Of a DNA stretch of 64,000 nt, positions 40,190 to 50,842 are shown piece by piece. Made by a program: the position numbers and the translations under genes. The notes under the pieces are model-generated. The model saw nothing but the letters and a program-made list of their open reading frames with translations, did not search any database and had not been told where the DNA came from. The stretch comes from Planctomycetota bacterium (lineage in GTDB: Bacteria > Planctomycetota > B15-G4 > JADJEK01). The stretch is from positions 1 to 64,000 of the forward strand of contig JBGAIQ010000018.1 in NCBI GenBank assembly GCA_044225365.1. Reading direction: 5' to 3'. Positions within the stretch are counted from its first letter, which is position 1, and every line of letters begins with the position of its first letter.

Positions 40190-41791
40190 ATGAACGCATA
40201 CGACAGGCAGGCAGGAACCGAACCCACCCCCCAGCAGCGCGCTCGGGCGTTTCGTAATCTGTGCATCGGCGCAGCGATCGGAATCGTGCTCGGGAAGGCC
40301 GCGGAGGGCGTGCTCGACCACGACACGCTCCGCAATCCGCTGTGGGTCTATGGCCGCTACGTCTCGATCGCCCTGCTCGCCTGGATCGGCTGGCTCGTCG
40401 GAATCGGAAAAGAGCGGATCGTCTCCGAGAACGTGGAGTGCCTCGCGATCGCCATCGTGATGGCGCTGATCCTCAAGTACTTCCTCGTCGAGGCGTACAA
40501 GATCCCCACCGGCTCGATGCAGCCCACGATCCTCGGCAACGAGAATGCCTCGATCTTCGATCGTGTGCTCGTCAACAAGTGCGCGTACTTGATCGACGAG
40601 CCGAAGCGCTACGACGTGATCGTCTTCAAGTACCCGCTCAATCGCTCACAGAACTACATCAAGCGCTGCGTCGGAATCGGGCCCGAAGAGATCACGATCG
40701 AGAACGGCAACATCTATACGGCACCCGCCCTCGGGGATGGGAAGTACGGCAAGCGCACGATCGCCCGCAAGCCAGCCGACACGCGGGAAGCCGTCCTCAA
40801 GACCCTCTACCCGTCGGCGCTCGACGGAAAGACGTTCGCCACGGGATTCTCGACGACGAGCGGGAAGTACCACGAGGACGGTCGCTCGGTCGAATTCGAC
40901 GGCGCAGGCACGTTCCGCTTCAAGAAGGACGGGGAGTCGGTACGCGATCGCTATCTCGACGGCTACGACCCGGCATGGGGAATTCGCGACGATCGTGTGC
41001 TGGAGAACCAGGAAGAGGTTGGTGACCTCGCGATCGATTTCGATTTCGAGCCGACCGATGCCGCGCACGAGCTACGGATCGTGATCCATTCGAACTCCCT
41101 CGATCATCGCGCGACGCTCGGGATCGGCGAGGGCAAGGCCTGCACGATCGAGTCGGGCATTCCCGCGACGGGCTCTGGCACATTGACGCCGGGCCCGTTC
41201 GTGTCCGAGAGCGCGCCCGCCGTGCTCGGCGCCACCTGCGATTCGCCGCTGCGCGCCGGCAAGCGCCATCACATCGAGTTCTATCACGTCGACCAGGAGA
41301 TCGTGCTCGCGATCGACGGCGACGTACTCCTGAAGACGAACTACGAGATCGACGCGCCGCTCCCCGAGACCGAGAACAAGATCGAGGTGAGATTCGACGG
41401 CGGCGTGGAACTCCGTGATCTACGAGTGCGTCGCGACATCCACTATTTGACGGCGAACGGCGGCGTGAGTCAGAGTTTCGACGTGCCTCCGGGTCACCTG
41501 TTCGCGATGGGCGACAACACGCAGAACTCCCACGACGGTCGGCAATGGCATGCGCTGAAGCGCCAGCTTCCGAACAACGGGCCGGTGATCACGCTCGACA
41601 GCAACCAGGACATGCGGGCCGGTGTCACCGATATCTACGGCGAGCATTTCGATTACTCGCAGTACCAGTTGACCGACGCCGGCGTCGACAACGCGAACTA
41701 CCACTTCATCCCTCGCGAGTTCCTGCTCGGCAAGGCGCTCGCTGTGTTCTGGCCGATCGTTCCACACTTTCGCTGGAAGCTGATCCGATGA
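40190..41791 (+). CDS. lepB: Signal peptidase I (long form with large insertion)
   Basis: IPTGSMQPT (Ser), YIKRCVG (Lys), MGDN..NS.DGR; downstream of lepA. Confidence 0.92.
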   Translation: MNAYDRQAGTEPTPQQRARAFRNLCIGAAIGIVLGKAAEGVLDHDTLRNPLWVYGRYVSIALLAWIGWLVGIGKERIVSENVECLAIAIVMALILKYFLVEAYKIPTGSMQPTILGNENASIFDRVLVNKCAYLIDEPKRYDVIVFKYPLNRSQNYIKRCVGIGPEEITIENGNIYTAPALGDGKYGKRTIARKPADTREAVLKTLYPSALDGKTFATGFSTTSGKYHEDGRSVEFDGAGTFRFKKDGESVRDRYLDGYDPAWGIRDDRVLENQEEVGDLAIDFDFEPTDAAHELRIVIHSNSLDHRATLGIGEGKACTIESGIPATGSGTLTPGPFVSESAPAVLGATCDSPLRAGKRHHIEFYHVDQEIVLAIDGDVLLKTNYEIDAPLPETENKIEVRFDGGVELRDLRVRRDIHYLTANGGVSQSFDVPPGHLFAMGDNTQNSHDGRQWHALKRQLPNNGPVITLDSNQDMRAGVTDIYGEHFDYSQYQLTDAGVDNANYHFIPREFLLGKALAVFWPIVPHFRWKLIR

Positions 41792-42585
41792 GTGCAATGG
41801 CGACCGACCCACGTCTCGGCAGCGGAGACGGTCACGCGTCCGCGACCCAGCTCGATCTTCCCCTCCTCGCGGTGAAGGGTCTCGTCAAGATCTACGGCAC
41901 TCGCACCGTCGTCGATGGCGTTTCGTTCCACGTCTATCCCGCCGAGATCGTCGGCCTGCTCGGTCCGAACGGCGCGGGCAAGACGACTTCGTTCCACATG
42001 ACCGTCGGATTGATCTCGCCCGCGAAGGGTGCGGTCGAATTCGAGGGCAAGGACATCACGAACCAACCGATGTACAAGCGGGCACGCATGGGCATCGGCT
42101 ACCTGTCGCAGGAGAGGTCCACGTTCCGCCAGCTCACGGTCGAGGAGAACATCGTCGCCGTGCTCGAGGTCCGCGGGTACAGCAAGCCGCGTCGCCAGGA
42201 GATCGCCCAGGCGCTTCTCGAGGAGCTCGGGATCGCGTTCCTCGCCAAGAATCGAGCCGACACCCTCTCGGGCGGCGAGAGTCGCCGTCTCGAACTCGCT
42301 CGGACGCTGGCGACCGACCCTCGCCTGATCCTTCTCGATGAGCCGTTCTCGGGCGTCGACCCCAAGGCGAAGGAGGAGATCTCCGAGATCCTCGTCTCGC
42401 TGAAGAAACGCGGGATCGGAATCCTGCTCACCGACCACGACGTTCATTCGACTCTTGCGACTACGGATCGCTCGTACATCATCAGTGGCGGTAAGATCCT
42501 CCGCGAGGGTCTCCCCCGAGACCTGGCCAACGATCCCGAAGTTCGGCGCGTCTATCTCGGACAGAAGTTCCGCTACACGGAATGA
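41788..42585 (+). CDS. lptB: LPS export ABC transporter ATP-binding protein
   Basis: GPNGAGKTT, PMYKRARMGIGYL.QE, LSGGE, LLDEPFSGVDP, TDH, VRRVYLG. Confidence 0.93.
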   Translation: MSAMATDPRLGSGDGHASATQLDLPLLAVKGLVKIYGTRTVVDGVSFHVYPAEIVGLLGPNGAGKTTSFHMTVGLISPAKGAVEFEGKDITNQPMYKRARMGIGYLSQERSTFRQLTVEENIVAVLEVRGYSKPRRQEIAQALLEELGIAFLAKNRADTLSGGESRRLELARTLATDPRLILLDEPFSGVDPKAKEEISEILVSLKKRGIGILLTDHDVHSTLATTDRSYIISGGKILREGLPRDLANDPEVRRVYLGQKFRYTE

Positions 42586-42820
42586 GGCCGCGGAACGGTC
42601 CTGCGAGTATTGCGCACCGGAAGGGGAGAGAGTTCTCCCCATCGACGACCCAGGCCTCGTGTTTCAGACGTTCGACATCGCAGAGTCCTCGCTTCCGCCT
42701 TCGACCAGGGTTCGGCGGATCGTTTCGATTTTGCGAGGCATGTCGACCGGAAGCCTGCCGATTCTCCACCGGATGAGGAGTTTTGGGGGTGGAGACCGAC
42801 AGAGCCCAACGAGATAGGAG

Positions 42821-43882
42821 ATGCGCACCTTGGAGCCGACAGCCGATCGAATCCTGATCGTCGACGATGAAGTAGGTATTCGCAGTGCGCTCGCGAAGTA
42901 TCTGCGCGAGCGTGGCTACCCGCACGTCGACGAAGCCGAGAACGGAGATCAAGCCCTCGAGCTGCTGCGGCGCAACCGATACTTCTTCATGATCACCGAC
43001 ATCTCGATGCCGACTTTGACCGGTCTCGAGCTCCTCGCGATCGCCCGCCGCGAGCATCCCGAGACCGATATCGCGGTGATCACGGGACATCAGGAAGTCG
43101 ACTTCGCGATCCAGGCCCTCAAGAACGGCGCATTCGACTACTTCCGCAAACCATTCCGCTACGACGAGGTCGTTCAGACGATCGAGCGAGTGCGCCACGA
43201 GCAATTCCTCGAGCGACGTTCGCTCGAACTCGAACGGCTGCAAGAGCGTTCGCGCGCCGATGAGCGCCATCTCCAGGAACTGATGCTGGCCCTTGCCAAC
43301 ATCATCGACCTGAAGAGCCCCTACACTCGTGAACACAGCGATCGAGTGTCTCGCATCGCGGTCCTGCTCGGACGGCGACTCGGGCTTACGAAGCAGGAGC
43401 TCGATCACATCGCACTCGGCGCCAGTCTTCACGACATCGGCAAACTCGGCTGCCCCGATTGCATCCTCAACAAGCCTGGCGCACTGACTCGCGAGGAGTA
43501 CGAGATCATCCAGCAGCATCCGAGCCACGGCGCAGAACTGTGCAGCCACGTCTCGTCCCTGAAGCCGGTCCTGCCGATGATCCGGTGGCATCACGAGAAT
43601 CTCGATGGTTCGGGTTATCCCGACAAGCTCGTCGGCGACGCGATCCCACTCGGCGCGCGGATCGTGCGCATCGCCGACTATTGGGATGCGATCACCTCCC
43701 ATCGCTCCTACCGCAATCCCATGACCCCGGCCCAGGCCCGCTCGACGATCGAGACCGAGGCCGCGATGGGCCGGCTCGACTCCGTCCTCTGCTCCCACTT
43801 GTTCCACTGCCTGCACGACGGGGACCTGCAGCGCGTGAAAGCCGCCGACGGCCCACGCTTCGCCCACCAGACCGAGTACTGA
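42821..43882 (+). CDS. Response regulator with HD-GYP (cyclic dinucleotide phosphodiesterase) domain
   Basis: REC domain ILIVDD...ITDISMP...KPF; YT..HS.RV, LHDIGK, HHE..DGSGYP. Confidence 0.92.
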   Translation: MRTLEPTADRILIVDDEVGIRSALAKYLRERGYPHVDEAENGDQALELLRRNRYFFMITDISMPTLTGLELLAIARREHPETDIAVITGHQEVDFAIQALKNGAFDYFRKPFRYDEVVQTIERVRHEQFLERRSLELERLQERSRADERHLQELMLALANIIDLKSPYTREHSDRVSRIAVLLGRRLGLTKQELDHIALGASLHDIGKLGCPDCILNKPGALTREEYEIIQQHPSHGAELCSHVSSLKPVLPMIRWHHENLDGSGYPDKLVGDAIPLGARIVRIADYWDAITSHRSYRNPMTPAQARSTIETEAAMGRLDSVLCSHLFHCLHDGDLQRVKAADGPRFAHQTEY

Positions 43883-44039
43883 CCCAGCGCTGCGTCATTC
43901 CGCCGCCCTTGTCGTTCCGCGGGATCGCCCATAGACTTTCACGTTTGTTCTCGAGTCATCGAGCGCGAGCGGTCGGAACCCAGCGGGGGATCGATCGACG
44001 CACTCCCACGATGCGGCGGAGCACCGCGGCAGGAGCGAC

Positions 44040-44792
44040 ATGAACTTCATCGCCTGCGTGAAACGCGTTCCGGCGACCGACACGCAAGTGCGGGTCGGCA
44101 AGGACGGTCGATCGATCGATCCCGCATGCGCCGCGAATTACGTGGTCAATCCGTACGACGAGTTCGCCGTCGAGGAGTGCCTTCGACAGAAGGAAAAACA
44201 CGGCGGAACCGTGACGGTCGTCTCGCTCGGCGCACCCGAAGCGAAGAAGGAATTGACCGGCTGCCTCGCCGTGGGCGCGGACGACGCCGTGCTGATCAAG
44301 GATGCGGCGATCCAGCGCGACGCACTGTCGACCGGCAAACTCCTCGCCGCGCAGCTGAAGACGATGCCGTTCGACGTCGTCTTCTTCGGCAAGCAAGCGG
44401 TCGACCACGACAACGCGCAGGTCGGTCTCGTCGTCGGAACCCTCCTCGATCTGCCCACGCTCTCGGAGGTCGTCAAGGTCGAGATTGCGGACGGCAAGGC
44501 CACGGTGCACCGCGAATTCGAGGGCAAGACCGAGATCTGGGAGGTCTCCCTGCCCTGCGTCCTCACCGCGCAGAAGGGCCTCAACGAGCCGCGCTATGCT
44601 TCGATGAAAGGCATCATGGCGGCAAAGAAGAAGGTCATCAAAGAGGTCGATGTCGCGAGCGACGCCGGCCAACTCGAAGTCCTCGCCATGGAACCGCCGC
44701 CGCCGCGTCCCGCGGGCCGGATCGTGGGCGAGGGTGTTGCCGCAGTTCCCGAACTCGTTCGACTCCTGCGCGAAGAAGCCAAGGCGCTTTGA
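44040..44792 (+). CDS. etfB: Electron transfer flavoprotein beta subunit
   Basis: CVKRVP, NPYDEFAVEE, GKQAVD, NEPRYASMKGIMAAKKK. Confidence 0.95.
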   Translation: MNFIACVKRVPATDTQVRVGKDGRSIDPACAANYVVNPYDEFAVEECLRQKEKHGGTVTVVSLGAPEAKKELTGCLAVGADDAVLIKDAAIQRDALSTGKLLAAQLKTMPFDVVFFGKQAVDHDNAQVGLVVGTLLDLPTLSEVVKVEIADGKATVHREFEGKTEIWEVSLPCVLTAQKGLNEPRYASMKGIMAAKKKVIKEVDVASDAGQLEVLAMEPPPPRPAGRIVGEGVAAVPELVRLLREEAKAL

Positions 44793-44829
44793 GCGCTCCG
44801 CGGCGACGGAATAGATCAAGAGAGACCCT

Positions 44830-45798
44830 ATGACGACCGAGATCCTCGCATTCGCAGAAGTGCGCGACGGCAAGTTCAAGAAGTCCGCGCTCGAAGTGAC
44901 GACGGCTGCGCGTGGCCTTGCCTCAGGACTGTCCGCCAAGGTCGTCGCGCTCGCGCTCGCCGAAGGTGCAGTCGCGGATGCCGGCTCTCTCGGCAAGTAC
45001 GGGGCGGGCGAAGTGCTCGTCGGCAAGCCGTCCTCGCTCGCGCCGGACGCGATCGCGCGCGCGATCGCCGAAGTCGTCAAGGCACGCGGGTCGAACGTGG
45101 TGCTGTTGCCGCACTCTGCGCTCGGCAAGGACGTCGCCCCCCGACTCGCCGCGCTCCTCGACTGCGCGCAGGTCTCCGATTGCGTCGAACTGAAGGTCGA
45201 GAACGGCGGAATCGTCGCAAAACGCCCGGTGTACGCCGGCAAGGCTCGCTTCACGCTCAAGTCCACCGCAACGCGATTCGTGGCGACACTTCGTCCCAAT
45301 GTCTTCACACCGACGACGGCGGGCGACAAAGACGCAACCGTGAGTTCGATTGCGGTGACCGCGACCTCCAAACTCGTGTTGAAGCAGGTCGACGAACCGC
45401 AGGGCGCGAAGAAACTCGAACTCACCGAAGCCGACATCGTCGTCTCCGGCGGTCGCGGACTGAAAGGGCCCGAGAACTTCCCTCTCCTCGAGAAACTCGC
45501 CGAGACCCTGGGCGCCGCGGTGGGCGCGTCGCGCGCCGTCGTCGACGCGGGGTGGCGCCCGCACGGCGATCAGGTCGGCCAGACCGGCAAGACCGTGTCG
45601 CCGAGCCTCTACTTCGCGATCGGCGTCTCCGGCGCGATCCAGCACCTCGCGGGCATGTCGAGTTCGCGCGTGATCGTGGCGATCAACAAGGACAAGGAAG
45701 CCCCGATCTACAAGGTCGCGAACTACGGCGTCGTCGGCGACCTCTTCGAGATCGTTCCCGCGCTCACCGAGGCGATCGCCAAGGCGAAGGCGCACTGA
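44830..45798 (+). CDS. etfA: Electron transfer flavoprotein alpha subunit
   Basis: [52 protein letters not shown]. Confidence 0.96.
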   Translation: MTTEILAFAEVRDGKFKKSALEVTTAARGLASGLSAKVVALALAEGAVADAGSLGKYGAGEVLVGKPSSLAPDAIARAIAEVVKARGSNVVLLPHSALGKDVAPRLAALLDCAQVSDCVELKVENGGIVAKRPVYAGKARFTLKSTATRFVATLRPNVFTPTTAGDKDATVSSIAVTATSKLVLKQVDEPQGAKKLELTEADIVVSGGRGLKGPENFPLLEKLAETLGAAVGASRAVVDAGWRPHGDQVGQTGKTVSPSLYFAIGVSGAIQHLAGMSSSRVIVAINKDKEAPIYKVANYGVVGDLFEIVPALTEAIAKAKAH

Positions 45799-45825
45799 CG
45801 TTTCGGAAGCTCGCGGCCTCGCTCC

Positions 45826-47400
45826 TCAGTGGCGGAAATGCCGTGTGCCGGTGAACACCATCGCGAGGCCGTGCTGATCCGCAGCGGCGATCACTTCGTC
45901 GTCGCGGCGACTGCCGCCCGGCTGCACGACGGCGCGCACGCCGGCCTTCGCGGCCTCGTCGATGCCGTCGCGGAACGGGAAGAAAGCATCCGACGCGAGG
46001 ACGGCGCCCCTCGCGCGTGAGCCGGCCTTCGTAACGGCGATTCGTACCGAGTCGACGCGGCTCATCTGACCCGCTCCGACGCCGACGAGCGACTCGTCCT
46101 TCGCGAGCACGATGGCGTTCGATTTGACGTGCTTGCACGCGATCCAGGCGAAACGCAGATCGCGCGAATCCTCTTCGGTGAGGCTCGTTCGCGTTCGCGG
46201 TTCGAAGGGTTCCGACCGGCCGAGTTCGTCGCGCGACTGCACGAGCAGACCGCCGCGGACCTTGCGCATGTCGAGATCCAAGGAATCGCTGGTGCCCACG
46301 CCACACGCGAGCAGCCGCACGTTCGCGCCCCACTTCTGCCGTCGTGTCAGGATCTCGAGCGCCTCCTCGTCGAACTCGGGAGCAATGATGCACTCGAAGA
46401 AGCTGTTCGGCCGCGCGACAATATCCGCGAGCGATCCATTCACCTTGCGATTGAACGCGAGGATTCCGCCGAACGCCGAAACCGGATCCCCCGCGAGTGC
46501 TTTCTCGAACGCCACGAGGATGTCGTCGGCCACGCCGGCGCCGCACGGGTTCGTGTGCTTGACGACGACCGCCGCGGGTCGCTCGAACTCTCTTGCGAGC
46601 GCGAGCGCCGCGTCGGAGTCGAGGATGTTGTTGTAGGACAGTTCCTTCCCGTGGAGGATCCGCGCGGTCGCGATCGACGGCTCGTGCGCGCCGGGAAGCC
46701 GACAGAACACTGCTTTCTGATGCGGATTCTCGCCGTATCGCAATGGGAGGACGTCGGTGACTCCGAGCCAGGTCGGAAGACTCAACGACCCCGACGGAGC
46801 GCCTCCGAACTCCTCGCGCGACGCCAGGAATCGCGCGATCGCGAGGTCGTACGCCGCGGTGCGCTCGAATACCTTGAGCGCGAGCTTCCTCAGCGTCGAC
46901 GCCGAGAGGCCGAGGTCGCTCCCGAGCAACTCTTCGAGCACGCACGGGTAATCGTCGGGGTCGACGACGACGGCGACGTGCTCATGGTTCTTCGCGGCCG
47001 AGCGCAACATCGAAGGCCCGCCGATGTCGATGTTCTCGATCGCCTTCTCGAGGGCCACCGTGGGGTCGGACACGACGCTCTCGAACGGGTAGAGATTGAC
47101 GCACACGAGATCGATTGGATCGAGCCCATGCTCCTTCATCTGCATTCGATGCGACTCGACGTCGCGACGCGCGAGCAGGCCGCCGTGGATCCTGGGATGT
47201 AGCGTCTTCACCCGCCCGTCGAGGATCTCGGGGAAACCGGTGAAGTCCGAGACGTCCTTCACGTCGATTCCGGCGTCGCGCAGCGTCTTCGCGGTGTTAC
47301 CGGTCGACAGGATCTCGACCCCACGCTTCGCGAGTTCGCGTGCGAAGTCCGCCGCGCCTCGTTTGTCGGTCAGGGAGAACAACGCGCGTCGAATCTTCAT
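45826..47400 (-). CDS. purH: Bifunctional AICAR transformylase / IMP cyclohydrolase
   Basis: [51 protein letters not shown]. Confidence 0.97.
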   Translation of the reverse strand: MKIRRALFSLTDKRGAADFARELAKRGVEILSTGNTAKTLRDAGIDVKDVSDFTGFPEILDGRVKTLHPRIHGGLLARRDVESHRMQMKEHGLDPIDLVCVNLYPFESVVSDPTVALEKAIENIDIGGPSMLRSAAKNHEHVAVVVDPDDYPCVLEELLGSDLGLSASTLRKLALKVFERTAAYDLAIARFLASREEFGGAPSGSLSLPTWLGVTDVLPLRYGENPHQKAVFCRLPGAHEPSIATARILHGKELSYNNILDSDAALALAREFERPAAVVVKHTNPCGAGVADDILVAFEKALAGDPVSAFGGILAFNRKVNGSLADIVARPNSFFECIIAPEFDEEALEILTRRQKWGANVRLLACGVGTSDSLDLDMRKVRGGLLVQSRDELGRSEPFEPRTRTSLTEEDSRDLRFAWIACKHVKSNAIVLAKDESLVGVGAGQMSRVDSVRIAVTKAGSRARGAVLASDAFFPFRDGIDEAAKAGVRAVVQPGGSRRDDEVIAAADQHGLAMVFTGTRHFRH

Positions 47401-47401
47401 G

Positions 47402-48518
47402 TCATTTGCCCTTTCCGCCGCTCTCGGTGCCGCCGCGAGCCATTCGCAGGTATCCGAAGATGAAGTCGTCGAGGTCGCCGTTGAGGACGGCGTCGGCATT
47501 ACCCTTCTCGACTCCGGTGCGAGCATCCTTCACGAGCTTGTAGGGCTGCAGCACGTAGTTGCGGATTTGCCGTCCCCAACCGATCTCGGTCTTGTCGCCC
47601 TGGATGCCCTTCACCTTGGCCTCGCGCTCCGCCTCGGCTCGAGCATAGAGTTTGGCCGCGAGCATCTTCATCGCGGTGGCGCGATTCTTGTGCTGGCTCC
47701 GTTCGGCCTGGCAGGCGACGACGATTCCGGTCGGCAAGTGCGTGAGGCGGATCGCGGAGTCGGTCTTGTTGACGTGCTGGCCGCCGGCGCCGCCCGCACG
47801 ATAGGTATCGACGCGGAGATCCTCGGAGCGGATCGACACCTCGATCTCCTCGTCGAACTCTGGAATCACGTCGACCGAAGCGAACGAGGTCTGGCGTCGC
47901 GCTTGCGCGTCGAACGGGGAAATCCGAACGAGGCGATGAACGCCGGCTTCGGCCTTCAGGTAACCGTACGCGAACTGTCCCTTCACCAGAAGGGTGGCCG
48001 ATTTGATCCCGGCCTCGTCGTTCTTCTGCTCGTCGATCATCTCGAGCTGGAAACCGGACCGCTCGCACCACCGCACGTACATGCGAAGCAGCATCTCGGC
48101 CCAGTCACAGGACTCGGTGCCACCGGCGCCCGCTTGCAGCGAGAGATAGGCGTTGCGGTAGTCGTGCTCCCCCGAAAGCATCAGGTTGAGCTCGAGCTTG
48201 TCGAGCGTCTGTTGTGCGACTTCGATGAGCTGGCGAGCTTCGTCGGCGGCCGCGGAGTCCTCGGACGCCAACTCGACCATGACTTCCGCATCCTCGAAGC
48301 GCTTCTCGAGGTTCTCGACCGGATCGAGGATCGCACGTAGCTTCTTCAGCGCATCGACGGTCTTCGCAGCCTGCTCCTGGTTGTTCCAGAAGTCGCTTGC
48401 ACCCATCGTGTTCTCGAGACGCGTCCGCTCGGCCCGCAGTGCGGGAAGGTCAAAGACTCTCCTTGAGCTGGCCGACGCGGGTGCGAAGTTCGTGAAGACG
48501 ATCCTGGAGTTCAGTCAT
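47402..48518 (-). CDS. prfB: Peptide chain release factor 2 (programmed +1 frameshift)
   Basis: SPF and GGQ motifs; upstream frame MTELQD...KES-CTT TGA C with internal AAGGAG. Confidence 0.96.
48449..48464 (-). promoter_or_regulatory. prfB +1 frameshift site
   Basis: Minus strand AAGGAG-AGT-CTT-TGA-C. Confidence 0.93.
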
Positions 48519-48607
48519 GAAGCGGCTCCGTGCTGGGGAACCACGGAGTCTATCAGCTGGGCGCGACGGACAACGCCGAACGAGACCGATTTCGAATCAC
48601 GCGAAGA

Positions 48608-49177
48608 TCACGACGGAATCGCAGCCGCCGCGGATTGGATTCCCGCGACGATCGACTCCACGGTGGCGAGCCCACCCACACCCTCTTCCCCGCACGCAAG
48701 TCGCTTGCTTACCGGCTCGACGATGCTGAAACGGTTCCCACCCACTTCGCGGATGCGGGTGAGATTCGACCGAACGAACGGGTTCTCCCACATCTGGGTA
48801 TTCATGGCGGGCGCAAGGACGACGGGCTTGCCGGCCTCGAGAGCGAGGAGCAAGGAGCAAAGCGAGTCGGGAGCGAGGCCGTGAGCGAGGCGTCCGAGGA
48901 AATCGGCCGTCGCCGGCACGATCGCGACGAGATCCGCCCACCGCGCCCAAGCGATGTGGGGAATCGAGGGATCGGGAACGCCGTCGCTCGTGAGTTCTTC
49001 GACGAGGACGGAATGCCCCGATAGCGAAGCAAACGTGAGGGGCGTCACGAATCTCGTCGCGGCGGAAGTCATCGCGTAGCGAATCTCGAATCCGAGTGCG
49101 CGCAACGGCGAGGCGAGATCGCAGGCCTTGTAGGCCGCGATTCCACCGGTGACGCCGATCACGATCTTGTGAGGCAT
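48608..49177 (-). CDS. coaC: Phosphopantothenoylcysteine decarboxylase (stand-alone)
   Basis: GVTGGIAAYKA, HI, PATA, APAMN..MW, LACGEEG.G. Confidence 0.9.
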   Translation of the reverse strand: MPHKIVIGVTGGIAAYKACDLASPLRALGFEIRYAMTSAATRFVTPLTFASLSGHSVLVEELTSDGVPDPSIPHIAWARWADLVAIVPATADFLGRLAHGLAPDSLCSLLLALEAGKPVVLAPAMNTQMWENPFVRSNLTRIREVGGNRFSIVEPVSKRLACGEEGVGGLATVESIVAGIQSAAAAIPS

Positions 49178-49190
49178 GCTCTCTATCCCA

Positions 49191-49853
49191 TCACCCTTTC
49201 GCGACGAATGAAGAGGCCGCGAGTCGCTCCGCTTCGGCGACGAGGCCCGACCCGATCGCTCCGCGAGAGCCGAGGATCGTCGAGGATCCGTCACGGCGCA
49301 GCAGGTCGGCGCGATGTTCGTCGATGCCCACCTCTTCGAGCAGATTGGCGACGATGCCCTCGGCGCCGGCGCGCTCCATCGTGCGACGCGCGCGCGCGTG
49401 GAGTTCCTCGCGCGAGATGCCCGACTCCAGTTTGAACAGGATCAGAGGGAGATCGGGCCGCATGCTCTTCACGCGATCGGCGATCTTCGGCGTCGGCCGC
49501 ATCTCGATCACGAGTTCGGGGCGATCCGACTTGATCTTGCCATCGACCTTCACGGGCGCGTAGTCAGCGACCGCCGCCGCGTGGATCATCACGTCCGGTG
49601 CGCGCGCGGGATCGGTGACGAGTCGCTCGAGCAGTTCGAGGAGCGACGCCGCACTTCCGAATTCGAATGCGCATACCTTTTCGCTCGCGGCGGGAACGAG
49701 AGACGACGCTCCGTGGAGGAACAAGACCTCGTGACCCGCGTGGCAGAACGCCTGAGCGACCGACACGCCGAGTCGGCCCGTGGAGACGTTCGACACGAAT
49801 CGAACGTCGTCGATCGGTTCACGCGTGGGACCGGAAGTGATGAGTACGCGCAT
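49191..49853 (-). CDS. coaB: Phosphopantothenate--cysteine ligase (stand-alone)
   Basis: VLITSGPTREPIDDVRFVSNVSTGRLG, HAAAVADY, KIKS, FKLE, VAN. Confidence 0.9.
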   Translation of the reverse strand: MRVLITSGPTREPIDDVRFVSNVSTGRLGVSVAQAFCHAGHEVLFLHGASSLVPAASEKVCAFEFGSAASLLELLERLVTDPARAPDVMIHAAAVADYAPVKVDGKIKSDRPELVIEMRPTPKIADRVKSMRPDLPLILFKLESGISREELHARARRTMERAGAEGIVANLLEEVGIDEHRADLLRRDGSSTILGSRGAIGSGLVAEAERLAASSFVAKG

Positions 49854-49932
49854 GGCCTCTTCTCCGTCGCCGGGATGGTCGAAGGACGATTGCCCTTCGG
49901 TTCGTCCTTCGATGCGGGAGGCCCGGCTGGAG

Positions 49933-50703
49933 TTACCGCTTCTTCGGCGGCATGTACGTGCTGGGCGCGTAGTCGGCGTGAATGTTGTCGAGGCCGATCT
50001 CACCCGGCGTGCCCGCATTCTTCTGGAGCGCGAATCCGACGATCGGCTTGTTCGCAGAATTCGCGATCGTGCCAACGATGTGGACGTGGAAGGCGTCGAG
50101 TGGATCGATCGCTTCGCGTTCGATCACGTCGACGACGTACTGCCAATCGGCACTCGAGTCGGCACGAGAGTAGGTCGCCGTGAATCGCAGGTCGACGTTT
50201 TGCGGCACGACTTGACCCGTGTCCGTGCCGCCGACCCAGAGGATTCCGCCGTCGTCCGGACCAGTTGCGGGAACCATGTCCGACTGCGGAAGATCGATGA
50301 CGATTCCAATCTCGAACGGAAGGTTCGACGCGCCGAGCGTGAAATCGGTGCCCGCGGTGACGATGCCCGTCGTGATCAACGAGTCGGACTTGAATTGACA
50401 AGCGACCGCCGTCGGCGAACCGCCGGCGTTGAACGAATCGTCGATGACGAGCTTGTTGCCCTTCGTTCCATCGCTCTTGATCTTGACCGCATTTTGATCC
50501 GCGACGAAGACGTAGATCGAACCGACCGATGGGGTGAGCTTGCTGGTCGACGAGTCGAAATTCGCGTCGAAGATCGTCTGGGACACCGGCTTGGCGCCAG
50601 CAGCGATGGCGCCGTCGAGACCGCCCGTTGCGTACAAGGCCGTCGCCAGGGAGACGAGCGCGAGGCCACCAGAAACACGCAGGGCTCGTTGCGGGAGGGA
50701 CAT
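49933..50703 (-). CDS. Exported hypothetical protein (probable beta-sandwich)
   Basis: AAGGAG RBS; signal segment; IFDANFD start of mature part, LDNI near end. Confidence 0.72.
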   Translation of the reverse strand: MSLPQRALRVSGGLALVSLATALYATGGLDGAIAAGAKPVSQTIFDANFDSSTSKLTPSVGSIYVFVADQNAVKIKSDGTKGNKLVIDDSFNAGGSPTAVACQFKSDSLITTGIVTAGTDFTLGASNLPFEIGIVIDLPQSDMVPATGPDDGGILWVGGTDTGQVVPQNVDLRFTATYSRADSSADWQYVVDVIEREAIDPLDAFHVHIVGTIANSANKPIVGFALQKNAGTPGEIGLDNIHADYAPSTYMPPKKR

Positions 50704-50842
50704 GCGCATCAGCTCCTTCAAAGGACCAAAAGCGTTCGCGCCTTTCGACACGTTCTGGCCCTCGACTTGAGCAATGTAACACATGCTTCTTTACCCTGCG
50801 GCAGCATAATCCAGGCTCGATCCACCATCGCCCGGCCACCGC

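Noticed and set aside
40190-41791. Unusually long signal peptidase I
   Set aside because: Large insertions in LepB next to lepA and lptB are, to my knowledge, common in Planctomycetota; catalytic Ser/Lys are intact
42735-42765. GCCGAT (sigma28 -10-like) upstream of the REC-HD-GYP gene
   Set aside because: No matching -35 element at the correct distance
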